Positions 49,036 to 61,121 of a stretch of 64,000 nucleotides of DNA are shown in pieces. The stretch's first letter is position 1, and each line of letters begins with the position of its first letter. The notes beneath the pieces were generated by a model. That model ran no database searches and was not told the DNA's origin. It worked only from the letters and a program-made list of their open reading frames with translations. This DNA comes from Pseudogymnoascus verrucosus (Eukaryota). Location of the stretch: NCBI GenBank assembly GCA_001662655.1, contig KV460210.1; one strand, written 5' to 3'. The translations under genes and the position numbers were made by a program.

Positions 49036-51864
49036 GATGGCTGGTGATATAGGCCGCAACGAGTATTATACAAATACTGTGCCGGAGGTCGTCTGGGGGA
49101 AATACTGCTGTTACAACTCAAACATGAAGCTTAGCTGGCAAGAAAAGGCGCGCCAGGGAGATATACGTCGATGACAATGTTTGCGAGGTGAGGAGGTGGT
49201 CGGCGCGAAGGTTCTCCTCGGGCATTGGAGCGCTCGGTCAGTCGCCGACGAGACACTATTGGAAGCAGACGATCGTGGAGAAGAGATAGATGGAGCTAGT
49301 GGCTTGCTAATGCGATAGATGCCGGTTAGATGCACGGCACGGCAGTTAAGAAACGGATAGTACGAGCTAGTATCTCGGTCTCCTACTCGGCGGTGGCATG
49401 TCGGACGGAGATGCGCTCGGAGGGGCAACGAGAAAGGAGAGAAATCATGGCGATGATGTCTGCGTTGAGTTCGCGGGATGAAAAATCGCATAGCGGACAT
49501 GCTTTGCAGGGTTGATAAGGGTGTGTGTGGCGCGCGGGGGGTTCAGACAGCGGAGTTGAGACAGTGGTCGTGTGTGTGGGCGTCGCATGAATCAAAACAC
49601 CAGGGTCCCTTGAGGCCGCTTGCTCGGTGATGCTCGCTCACATTGGTTACGGTGGCTGATGTTCAGGAGAGGGTGGATACAGTAAGTGGGCTCGAGTCAG
49701 AGATCTCCGTTGGATGATGGGGGTCGAGCTGAGGAGCGTGAGGGGTTAAAGGGAGGTCGGCGATGCTACTCCAGTACAACGTACACAACATATGGCGGGT
49801 GTACTGTAGAATAAGCTGACGTGGGACGGCTGGTGCGTGCCTGGCCGAAGATAGCGCCGTAAACCACATGCAAACCAACACCAACGCGCAAACCAACGCG
49901 CGCGCAAACCCACATGCAAGCCCACACGCAGGCCGCCCTGTCCCGTCCCTCTGTCAATCGACGCCTCCCGGCGTTTTCTGTGTAAAATCTTACTTCGGAC
50001 CGCATCTTATAGGCTGCCAAAGGACCTCTTATACCTGTTGTTGCAGTCCTTCCCATCCCTCTCCCCCGCCTTAAATCACGAATTGCTTGTGTAGAATGCA
50101 ACTAATATACTATACTCTGCACTATAGCAATTGGCAAAGCTTGTTGTCAAATCTCATCGTGCCGTCTCCTCCGCCGATCCGTCTGTCGATCCCTCGATTT
50201 ATTGACCGATTATTGATATCGATTCTCCCGGCTTACACATAAAGCCCACTTATTCCGCCACTGCAAATTAGCGACCGTTAATAGCCATCCTCGCCACTCC
50301 CCAAAGTGGCTAAACTAGAAACCGCCCTCCCAAAGTAGTCCACATCCCCGGATTCTACACATCAGCCTAAACACCTGCTAAATTGTAACAGAAGACGCCA
50401 CCTCCTGATTTGAGGGCGACTCGTCCCCCCTGTAGAACTAATCCTACGCCCCTAGTTCCCCTGTGGAACTAATCCTACCCCTAATTCCCGAGCCCACCCA
50501 CGATTCTTACACTATAATTCCCGCGGCTACAACTCGTGCAATTCCTACGCAAGCACCTAGATTACGATTCTCACGCCTTCAATTCACATCCCTATAATTT
50601 TTGCCCCTTCGCGTTCTCGCCTTTGTAAGTTATTAGGTCCCACAGATCGACCACGGGCTTAGTTGGTCCTGAAACGAGAACGAGTACCAGGTCAATGGCA
50701 CCACACCCATCTCATCTTCACCCTGCCACGTTCTCTCGATTCCCCTCCATCACCTCCCGTCAATGCTCGCCATCCCCACCTACCAATATCAAATTCTCTA
50801 TTTTCCAGCGAGATCCTAACAATACTATCATCCCCACAATTTACAGTCAGGTGAAGCCTTGTCCGCTGCTCGTCCTATACATATTGGCGTTCGCTCCGTA
50901 TTCAAGTAACCTCACCTTGCTTGACGAGTATATCCTAATTACAATGTGAAGAAGGGTCCACACATCGGTATTTTGAGCATTGGGCTCCAACCCTCTTTCG
51001 AGCAAAACTCTCCGCACCTCATCCTCTAATCGTGGGGGGAAGCAATATGCGCCACCTCAAAGCGAGAGGAAAGTAGCAGGAGGGTTTGGGCTCAAAACCT
51101 AGTGCGTCGGCGTTCTGAGGTAACCGGCTCACGCTAAGCACCAATTGGGGAGCCCGACGGTAACACTGGGAAAAGCCGTCATTTTAGGGCCAAAATGCTA
51201 CCGTATCTCACTCTGCCAGTCCTCTTTTCCCCAACACAACACATGCGATGTGGTGAGGGCCCGTGCGTGATATCATCCGTGTTAGCTTTGACGCCGATGA
51301 CCGGTGGCGCGGAAGGAATCATGCTATTGTACGACTCTGTTGTACGCAGACGTAGACCGGACTTGTATTATTGAAGTTATCCCACTGAGTTAACTACTAA
51401 CGTTACCCTTCAAGTCCAAGCGTGCACTGCCTTGAGGCTAAGGAACATTTATAATTGAGCTCTCCACGTCAGGTACCTCGATTCGAAGTCTTCTCAGTCT
51501 AACTTGAGTAGCATCAGCAATTAGAACTTCAAGAAGATTAGAACGATCCTCTCTCTATCGGCCTTTATCTCCAGTTGACACATAGTAGTCCACCCTGACG
51601 AAACTTACTTGACTATCGAGAATGTAACTGCAATGAACTTCACCTGCGTCAATTTCTCACCGAGGGAACATGCAGCGACGACGGCGCTACCGAGAACACC
51701 GAGCAGACAGACTTGGTGAAGTAAAAACAGTCATATCGTAGTCACTTTGATCAGTTCGTCCACTATCAGGCAAATAACAGCTGTAACAGACTGTTTTGTT
51801 GCATTCTACCGTTTAACTTAGAGCACTTTTGTGACGTTATATCTATATCCTCCTATGAGTTTAT

Positions 51865-53876
51865 TCATACCACAACCTTTTCGTTAGGAACGTCACTCTT
51901 ATCGTTCTCTAATTGAACAGCTTTCCCGCTATGCTTCGCCTTTAGATCAATGCTGCTCGTGCAGGCACTAGCAATAATTGCCATCACACCAAACGCGATG
52001 GCCACCAAGTATGTTGTGCTGAACGCGCTAACATACGCCTGCTTCACAGCCAAACCAGACGCATCGATTATACTCTGGGTGATTCCTGGAATGTTCTTGT
52101 ATGCTGCTGCGGTGTTGAGCTCTGCAGCCTTGAGAAAGGCTGGCCAAGTGCTCGAAGCTGGCGTGATCCCGAATACCTCGAGATTGGATTCAAGGTCTCC
52201 TGCAATCGCAGAGGAAAATCCGTTGTTGATGACTGCGGTATAGACTGCCGTTGCGATAGCGCCACCCAGAAGGCGGAAGGTACCAGCAAGGCCCACGGCG
52301 ATACCGCTAGGAGGTTTGTCAGCTGCTGACCGCTGTATACAAAAACAGAGGAGTACTTACATGTCAGTTTGATCGTCGATACCTAAACTCAACATGGTGA
52401 AGCTCATAAGCTGTGGTGGAGTTACCGTGCTGGAAAGACAGATTATGGTAGCGATGGCTTGCTTCTTGCTATCCAACCCAACCGTGGAGAGAGATCCGAT
52501 CAGGGCAGTCTGGATAATGGTAAATGCAACAAGTTGCCAGCGTTCATGGCCAACGTTTGCGCAGATAAATATAGTGATGAATGCGGATATCGTTGTGCCC
52601 AGAGGAATCATCTCGGCGTAGAGACCCTTCTGGATTGGATCTGGACCAGTGTATAACAGCTGAGATTGACGAGGCCACAGGACATTCATCGAATAGTACA
52701 GCATACCACCGACGAAGCAGACAATGAGAACCATGGTGAACCTAACGAGCAAAAGTCAGCACCATTGCATAGCGAATGAGAGGGGAAAAAGAGAATGAGC
52801 ACCTACTGTCTCCATCTTTTGAACAGTCTCGGTGGCATGAGTGGATATGCGAGATCTGCATAAGCCTCCCAGAAACCCAGAGCAACCAGGGAAAGCACAC
52901 CAGTGACGATCGGTGCAATCACATGTGCATCCTTCCATGGATACTGTTTCCCGCCGTAGTTGATACCAAGGAGAAAAAGAATGCAGCCCCCAGCAAATAG
53001 GAACAACCCAACGAAGTCCATCTCCTTGACCAACTGAAGCTTCGTTTTGCCATCGATGCGATGCTTGGTCTGGAAGGTTGGAGGGTGGTATGCAAAGAAA
53101 AGAAGGACAAGGGCTGCGGCGTGGAAACCTGTCATAAAGTAGTACGCGCCGCGCCATCCAACTGAAGTTGTGCCGATAAAACTCCAAGCTATGAGGGGCC
53201 CACAGAAAGAGATGATGGCCATGAGATCGAATAAACCTATTGATAAATGATGAGCTTCATATCCATGCAGCAAGTGGTCCACGAAGGAAACATACCTATA
53301 GCGTATAATCTCCACGAATTCGGCACAATCTCCTGAATACACGCGTAGGCCATCTCCTGAATACCGCTTCCAGTACCAAGGATGACGCCGCTGGCAATCA
53401 TCTGATTGATGTTCTGTCCAGTGGCGCCAACGATACATCCAACAAGAGCAATGCATGCTCCACCAAGCATGAAATATCTGCGGCCAAAGATATCACTAAG
53501 ACGTCCGCTGACTGAGACAGTAATGCTGGCAGCCAGGGTCCAGGAGATGGTGACCCATGAGTAATTTAGGCTAGGACCAATCGACCGATTGATCTCGGCC
53601 AGTGTCGTGGATGGAATCAGGAGCGTCAGGATGTAGGCATTGAATTGCATAGTAAGTGCCTATGAAAAGTAAGTATCAAATCCGTATCGATCAGAATGTT
53701 GTATTTCAACGTACGATAAAAGCAAGTGCCATCTGCCATGTTAACCTAGGCTTTATTTCATCCTCATAGTCTGGCAGCGCATCAGAGGGACTGTCCGAGG
53801 TCGAATTGGCAGACTCCTTCTGTACAACCTCAATCTTCTCGCTGGCCAACTCATCATTGCTAGAGGCTGTCTTCAT
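51865..53876 (-). CDS. TRI12-like (fungal trichothecene efflux pump family) 14-TM MFS transporter
   Basis: GRLSDIFGRRYF, GWRGAYY, YHPPTF, MDFVGLFLF, GGKQYPW, GGMLYYSMNVLWP, GTFRLLGGAIATAVY. Confidence 0.88.
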
Positions 53877-55114
53877 CGTTTCGCCTTAATAGTATAACTG
53901 ATGGGCGATTCTATGCTATAACGATTTAACACAACCCACTAGGCTACTATCACTATATATATTGTTTTCATAGCGACCTTGGAGCTCGCAAGTCTCTTAA
54001 GTAAAGGCAAGGTGCAAGAATACTGCGGAGTATCTTAGTGATTCGTGGTCCAGAACTTGCGACAGTCGAGTGACATCCATGCACGATCCCCCCCGTATTT
54101 CCGTGTACATACAATGCATGTATCAGATATCTATGTAGTATACAGCAAAAATCGTGCCTATCTCCAGGCTCTTGGGACTTCAGAAGCATCCGTACGTCAA
54201 CGGGCAGGACTGAAAACCTGGGTTTCGTTATCCGGGGTAAGGAGAAGGTTTTGCGGATAAGTACGTATCGTTATATGGTTGGTTTACACAGAAAACATTG
54301 GTTGTGCGGGGAAGTGGGTCTAGGGAGATGCCGAGAAAAGAATAATGGGGGGAAGGGCTGTCCGAGGAATAATCCGGGGTTAATACCCCACTATCTAACT
54401 GACTTTACATAGAAATGCGGTGCTGTTGACAGTCGTTCTCCGTTCTCCGTAGCCATCCCATTTTAAAAAGCATTTTTTGTTATTAAGTGGCGTTGTATAC
54501 GAGTTTGTTGAGGTGTTGCAAAAGCGATGTTGAGGCCTAACCACGGTACCTGTGACCACCGCCACAACAGTCCACTTCGGCCAGATGCTGTCCTGCCATC
54601 TTCCGTCCCGTATATTTCCAAGCTCACCTCTACAGCTCTTGAGCTTTACTTGAGTTTTTTGGCCATTACATAGCTATCATTACCCTTAGCAATTCTCGGG
54701 AACCTTTTATTTCGTTCAAGTACGGAGATCCACGGTTATAGCACGGTAGTTGGTTAGGGTGGTAACTCCCTGCATACAGCTCGCTCTCCATAATATCTTA
54801 AGGAGTAGTAACGTTAATTATCATATCCGCATTACAAGACTGTCTAAGCGGCAGAACTGTCAGTGTTAGCCCACCTAAGAGACGCGGTCATTTAAGCTGT
54901 AGTTATAATTAAATAGGGCAAAAACTCCATATACCTAGTAAAACAGTAAATAAATTCTATGTACCTAGTTCCATCCTACGTGACCCAAACCCTAAGTATT
55001 TTATGTCTTTTCCCTCTTAATGTTATAAATTACATAAGTTCTGTTAAAAATAGGACCTTTACACTAACGAAAAAGCTCCATAAATAAAAGCTGTGTTTTT
55101 TAAGGTTTAATGTA

Positions 55115-56962
55115 ACGTATTTCACATATGAGTTGGCTACACGGACTAGTTGGCCACCAAAACACTAGAATTGACAATTACTACTACTACACTACCACCA
55201 CCCTACATAATGACCCTTATTCAATTGTAATTGATTCCTCGTGCCTCTGGCACGTACGGGAATTATGGCCTATAATACCACATAAGCCACAGCGCTTCTG
55301 TCGGCCTGTAGAACCCACCCGCCGACTACTTTCACTTACCACCTCTGTACGGAGTTGAGCATCAACCTCAGCACTCTGAAGGATATCCTCTCCCTCTCAT
55401 ACGGAGAGACTACCCCCTTGCATTATACGCCTCTTACGCTTCCTTTCCCTCCTCTTTTTCTGTTCATTTGCCGCTTGTAGAGCCTTAACTTCTGCCTTAA
55501 GTAGAATAGTAGAATGCATCATAACTTAAGCCCCCTTAACAAGGCAGCTAATAGCATCATTAATTAAGGTAGGAGAGCTATTCTGATGTTGTACGACACG
55601 GTTCTTAATATGCTCTGTTTGAAAATTAAGCTCCCTTATAGTTTGGGGAGTCTTTGAAGTCTAATTGTTACTCTTAACTATAGGAGGAGTTAGAGTCCTC
55701 AACTGTAGATTTAAGTGAGAGAGGACACTCTATGGCTCGTACGGAACTAGCCCTATAGCTCGGAAGCCGCTCTTAATGTTCTGCTCTGTAAATGTAGCTT
55801 TAAATGCTTCTTTAAATGTAGAGAGAAACTCGAGTTTCGTAATATGGTTTAGCCTATTCCGTACGAAGGTTTCAATCTAACGTCTATACGAAAGCTTTAG
55901 TAGAGTAAAGTAGCTAACGTTAAGTAGTTAAAGAATGTGCAAGGAGTGTAGTAGTATATAGAGGGTGATTATCTTCCGTTCTATGTAGTAGTGTTGAAAT
56001 TAAGCAGAGAGGTGACTCTTATGCCCGTTAAGAATAAGAAGGCGATAGGATCTAATCGTACGAGTGCTTATATGTCGATCGAAGTGTTAAATCTACTCGT
56101 ACCCAATTAAATTTAAAGTCTACCCATTCTCACTTAATGTAATCACCTAATCGTCTAGTAATCCTAAGTCCTTGTACTAAGCAGAGAGGTGAATCTACGC
56201 CTTAAAAATGATAAATGGCGGAAGTGCCTATCCGTACGAATTAACACCTTAGATAATTAACACCCACTCTCTATTTCCTAGCTGTATAGTCTTTAGACGA
56301 CTCTTTGCTTCTAAGCTTGTAACTACCTTTGCAGTAGCAATAACTCCCATTAAAAACCCTACTTCATCAAAGTTGTAGATGTCCTGCTCTAAGATTCTGT
56401 ATTTTACAACTATGTTTCGTACGAGAGAGAACTACTCTTGAATTATCTTTAGATCTTCGCATTTTGCGCGTTTATAGTCATACTTCTAACTAAACTTTGC
56501 TTTGATTTCCGTACGACGCTTAATGAAGGTAGTAGTCCAGTTCTTTCTAATAGGACTCTTACCTCGTTCGGAAAGTAGAAGGTCTGCCATTTCTCGTACA
56601 GCTTGTGGCCAGGGTGGAAATCCACGTGAATCTAGGTCGAGGATATACTGAACAAGAGCTGACTCTTCGTATAGAGTCAACTTCTGTAAGCTAGGGGTAG
56701 AATCGCGTCGGGAAGGCATTCCATTCATTCTGTTGCTAAGGGTTGACCGTGTTACATCGTACAATTCTGCAGCTTGGCGGACACTCTTAAAGTGTCCATT
56801 TTTAATTGCTTGGATAGCCTTTAGTATTCTATCCTCTTTATTAGAGTCTTGGGCTTGTGTTGGTCGCAGCATTGTCAATTGTAGTCTAGTCGACGCGTTT
56901 TGGTGTTTTTAGTGTTTTGGTGGCCAACTGGTCCGTGTGGCCAACTCATATGTGAAATACGT
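55115..56962 (-). mobile_element. Fot1/pogo-like Tc1-mariner DNA transposon, RIP-inactivated (~1.85 kb)
   Basis: ~53-bp TIRs ACGTATTTCACATATGAGTTGGC...; TA TSD at 55113-55114 and 56963-56964; internal transposase remnants. Confidence 0.95.
55217..56872 (-). pseudogene. DDE transposase pseudogene (HTH_psq/CENP-B, DDE_1, C-terminal CCHC knuckle)
   Basis: SVRQAAELYDVTRSTL, DIYNFDEVGF, RLLILNGHKSH (family LDGHESH), HIL*LLNVSYF (family LQPLDV), RCGLCGIIGHNSRTC; many TAA/TAG stops. Confidence 0.92.
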
Positions 56963-57521
56963 TAATAGAAAAATTAAAACTTAAACTATCAACTAGGAAC
57001 AAGGAAAGAGAGGAAATTAACCTTAGCTTAGTGTTCTGTATCGCCTTCTAATTTGCTATTGAGTCTAGATTTCGAATGCAAATTATTCGCAACCTATTCA
57101 TACTCTGCTTCAGCAACCAGTTTACCCTCCATGTCCGCATTGCGTAATCTAGTCTATAAAAATTGCCTGGGTTTCCAGTGGCTCATCTCTTTCGCCGCGT
57201 GTCTATGTATTTTACGCCAGGGTTTTACTCGGAGAAGCTTGTATCCTTTCTTTCCGTGGTGACATGGCTTCGAGAAGAGAATATTTTGCTTCGTAATCCA
57301 TAGGCGTGAAATCCGTTACATAGAATAATCCAAATCAATGTGCGTAATCAGTTGACGTTCAAAATTCAAGTGATTGATCTCCCGCGATTTTCAGTTTCAA
57401 TGTTCACTCAACCCAGACAAACGTCTCACATTACTTTTATTAAATTCTGATATGTATGGTGAACCCAAGTGCGAAAGCATCCACTGACAACCCAGCAGAG
57501 TAAATCACAGCACCCCACCCC

Positions 57522-59317
57522 TCACCTTTTCACAGGCACAACCTTGACATTCAAATCCGGCTTCTCCCACGTCATATACGCGCGCGCCCTGCCCATCTCC
57601 CCCGCAGGATTCCAATTCGGCGCCCCGTCCACGCTGACAAGGTCGAAGTTCCAGAGAAGCCGAGCTAGGATAATGCGCATTTCCATGTACGACAAGCTGC
57701 AAAGAAAAAATGTTTTAGCATCGCGCTGTTGTTTTGGGAATTAAATGTTAAGTGTTGGAATGGAACTTACTTCCTACCGATGCATCCACGCGGTCCTAGC
57801 GAGAATGGCTGCGCGGCTTTTTTGAGATCGCTGTCGTACTCGTTCCCGATCCAGCGCTCGGGGATGAAGGTGTCGCAGTCGCGGAAGTTGGCTTCGTTGT
57901 GGCAGGCTGCCCAGCTGCCGACGGAGACGGCGGTCTAAAGTTGTGACAGTTAGAAATGTATTCGGATAAACGATAACGTTGCGGAAGTGAAGATTTAACT
58001 TACTCCACCGGGGATCCAGAGCCCGTCTACCGTGTCGCCATCCTTTGGAACCGTGCGTAACAGTCCGGTTGGCACTGGAGGATGGATGCGGAGACCCTCT
58101 TCCAGGACCGCATTCAGATAAGTCAAGTCGCTCAGTGTCGAGAAGTTCATATCCTTTTCGTCGGCAAAGGTTGACCTGATTTCATGCACGAGTTTCTGAT
58201 ACTTCTCTTTATTGTAGACGAGGCGTGCAAGGATCCCAGATAGAGCGTTGGCGGTGGTTTCCGAACCAGCGACGATGAAGAGCGCAGAGTTGACAATGAT
58301 CTCGTCCTGTGCAAGCGAGTACTTCTCAGCCTGTTTCAAGATGTACCAGATGAAATCCCTATGCTCCGTCTTCGTCGCCAATCTTCGCATGACCTTCTCC
58401 CTCGAGAACTCAAGATGCTGTCTCCGCATCTTGCGGATCCTATCCGGGATCATGCTCAGCAAGAAATTCTGCGCCGTCGTCCCCGCAGTCGCCATCCTGC
58501 GCGTCGCCTGCTCGATCGCGCCTGCCTTGACAGTCTCGAAGATGAGGGACACCCAGAAGTGGAATTCCCCGTCCTCGAGGCACCCAAAGGGCTCGCCGAA
58601 GGCCAGGTCGCCGATGATGTCAAACGTCGTAAAGTTGAGCCAGTCAACCATGTTGAACTTTTCATCCCTTGCAGACATCTTGCCCAGCTGCGCGATGAAT
58701 GTGCTGACGTAGCCCTGGATGATGTGTTCCTGCTCCGACAGCGCCTTCAGCGAGAACGAATGCGCCAGAGCTCGTCGCTGGCGAGCATGGTTCTCGTCGT
58801 CGGACATGGTGAGCGTGGAAACGCCGATGACGGGCTCGACGGAGCCAACGTGAATGGGATCCTTGTGGAAGTTGACATGGCCATTGCGGTGTCCGTAGAT
58901 ATCCTGCCAGGACTGCGCGGTGTTGAAGTGCAACTCGTTGGGCGAGACACGGACGACGGGGCCATATTTGTCGTGCATGAGCTTGGTGTCGAAGGGACCG
59001 CGGCCGCTGAGCAGAGATATGATGGACGGGATTGGAGAGATGGCATTGAGCTTGGGGCCGGGGAACTTTGAGAGAGGGCTGAAGTAGAGGCGGTATACCG
59101 ACTGTGTTTGTATCAGCATAACGTTATTGCAGGAATGGCTCAGAATTTCACATACCAATACAACAAAATACGTGACTGTCTGTAAATATGATATTGTCAG
59201 TGTAAGCGTTCTCAACAAAGTCAGTCGCAAGCCAAAATTACTTACAAGACCTGCGGAGAGAACACAAAACATCCCTAGCGCGCCTAGAAGGGGTTTTGGC
59301 TGTATGGCGGGGTCCAT
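57522..59317 (-). CDS. Cytochrome P450, CYP65-like clan (TRI11-like); multi-exon
   Basis: PLSKFPGP, YGPVVRVSPNEL, WQDIYG, FDIIGDLAFGEPFGCL, AGSETTA, EGLR, PERW, PFSLGPRGCIG; stop at 57522-57524. Confidence 0.9.
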
Positions 59318-59977
59318 GATTATTGTCTGTCTAATATGGCTTTAATTGTTATAGCAAAACGAAGGTGGTTGCGAGTGATAACTTTAATGCTATTCATGCC
59401 TTCAAGAAAGAAGATTGCTATATATGACAAATCGAGATTCCAGAAGGATTAACGTTACTATCGTGCCATCTGCTATCTAGAATGACGATATGGATGCGAT
59501 AAGCATCAGAGTAACTCATAGGTAAGGTAGTTAGTCGTGAAGCAAGCTCAAAGATGGGAGTCAAATGGTGGATGCATCCATGTGTGTGCATGCGTATCGC
59601 GCGGGTATCGTTTCCCGCATCCTGCTAACATCGGTTTTCCCCGCTAAGTCGAAAAAGTACATCTCTTTCCCCGCTCCCCAGATGGTTTCAGGGACATAAA
59701 AAGTGGGAGAGGCTCCACTTAGAATGCTTACAGGGACTACATGGTCGTGTAAACCTTTAGTAGCACTAGCAATAAGAGATTGCTCAGTCTAGCTTAATTG
59801 CTTTTGTCGATCAGGTGTAGTCTACGCAGAAAAGCCTCGCTTCTGTGCTAGAGCAAGCTAATCTTCATTAGTAAGGGTTTTCCGTCCCATTATAGCAGAT
59901 ATTGAAAAAATAGACCCAGTTGCAGACAGAGGACCTTGAAATGTGAAGGCGGGAGACTGGCCCTTTATACCATTTTC

Positions 59978-60075
59978 CTAGCTCAGCCGTACTCACCTTC
60001 CTCACCCATCTAGCTCACCCTACTTACCTTGCTCACCCTGCTCACCTTGCTCACCAACTCACCTAGCTCACCGGC
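59978..60075. repeat. Degenerate tandem array of (G)CTCACC units
   Basis: About nine CTCACC-like units separated by 1-5 nt; further copies at ~60184 and ~60497. Confidence 0.6.
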
Positions 60076-60232
60076 GTGCATCCAATGTCGCGGTGCAATG
60101 CGTCGTCAAAATTAACCCACTTTTAGATGGTCGAGGTGGTCGAGATGGTAACGATCACAAAATAAGGGGCAAGGGCGGCGAGGCTCACCTACTAGGCCGG
60201 ATAGCACCGATTTAAGTATTATCCATATGTTT

Positions 60233-60295
60233 GCTGGAGATCGGTGGATTAGTAGTTAGGTGGGTGACCACCAGCGAATACCCACTGTTGTATGT
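60233..60295 (+). pseudogene. 5'-truncated 5S rRNA gene copy (3' half plus oligo-T Pol III terminator)
   Basis: GATCGGTGGATTAGTAGTTAGGTGGGTGACCACCAGCGAATACCCACTGTTGTATGT followed by a T run matches the recalled 3' half of filamentous-ascomycete 5S; no ACATACG 5' end upstream. Confidence 0.8.
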
Positions 60296-61121
60296 TTTTT
60301 TTTTTGCCGTTTTTATATGGTAAATTTTGGCCCCCGACCAATATAATCTAGTTCTATGGTTCATAGTGTTTTTGTTCTCTCTTCATGGAGAGAACAGAAC
60401 AAATGCCATGGCTTTTTGATTCGGATATACGTTATATTGTCAATTAGCTAGCACCTTGGCAGCCTCGAACGTCTGCCCAAGAAACCATTGCTTCAGCTCA
60501 CCCTGCTCGCACCCCGCATCACCCAAAGACCACCCTTGAGATGGCAAGAAGCACAGATTCTATCAGAGGCCTGTTGTCACGATTGAAAGTATTAAGCATA
60601 AATTACAAACGTGTGTATGACAGAGCGGACGGGATGCACAATTTTTTAGAGTCAGTGGCCGGACGTGATAGTAACTCTCATGTTTCGGTAAAACTAATAG
60701 TTGAATCCAAACTGCTAGGATTGGTTCACTTTCACGGAAAAACTTTCCTTTAGACTAACATTGGCATATGGTTGGATATACTTCCACGAATCTACAAGTG
60801 GCATTCCTGCACCCTTGCTGACATTTTGACATCCCCGCATAAGCTTCGATTTAGCCTAAGAGAAGCATACAGTAGGTATCACGAATCACGAACAGCATTC
60901 ACCAAGGTGGTATGAGTAGGTGGGACAATAATACATCAATGAGATGTGAATTAGTAATAGTTGGATAGCTAGTTCATTCAAAACATATATGGGAAAGGAA
61001 TGCCCATCTTCGAGGAGAATTCTGTAAGCTCAACACACTGACTCGTTCTCCAATACAGCAATTCACTGTCTCATAATACATTATACTTCCAGTCGCCATA
61101 TCTTATAATTGCACCTTCCTA

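Noticed and set aside
49600..51800. Telomerase RNA, RNase P/MRP, SRP RNA or TPP riboswitch in the gene-free gap
   Set aside because: No CCCTAA-type template or diagnostic conserved boxes of these RNAs found by eye
54985..54996. Telomere-like AAACCCTAA
   Set aside because: Single unit, expected by chance in AT-rich sequence
58248..59071. Long plus-strand ORFs (154 and 236 aa)
   Set aside because: Antisense shadows of the GC-rich P450 coding exon
51865..59317. Trichothecene biosynthetic cluster
   Set aside because: No trichodiene synthase or other TRI genes; TRI12-like and CYP65-like families are widespread outside such clusters
59978..60075. CRISPR-like array, or 5' half of 5S (GCTCAGCCGTACT resembles a 5S segment)
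   Set aside because: Eukaryotic context with short degenerate units and no spacers; the 13-nt resemblance lacks flanking 5S sequence and may be chance
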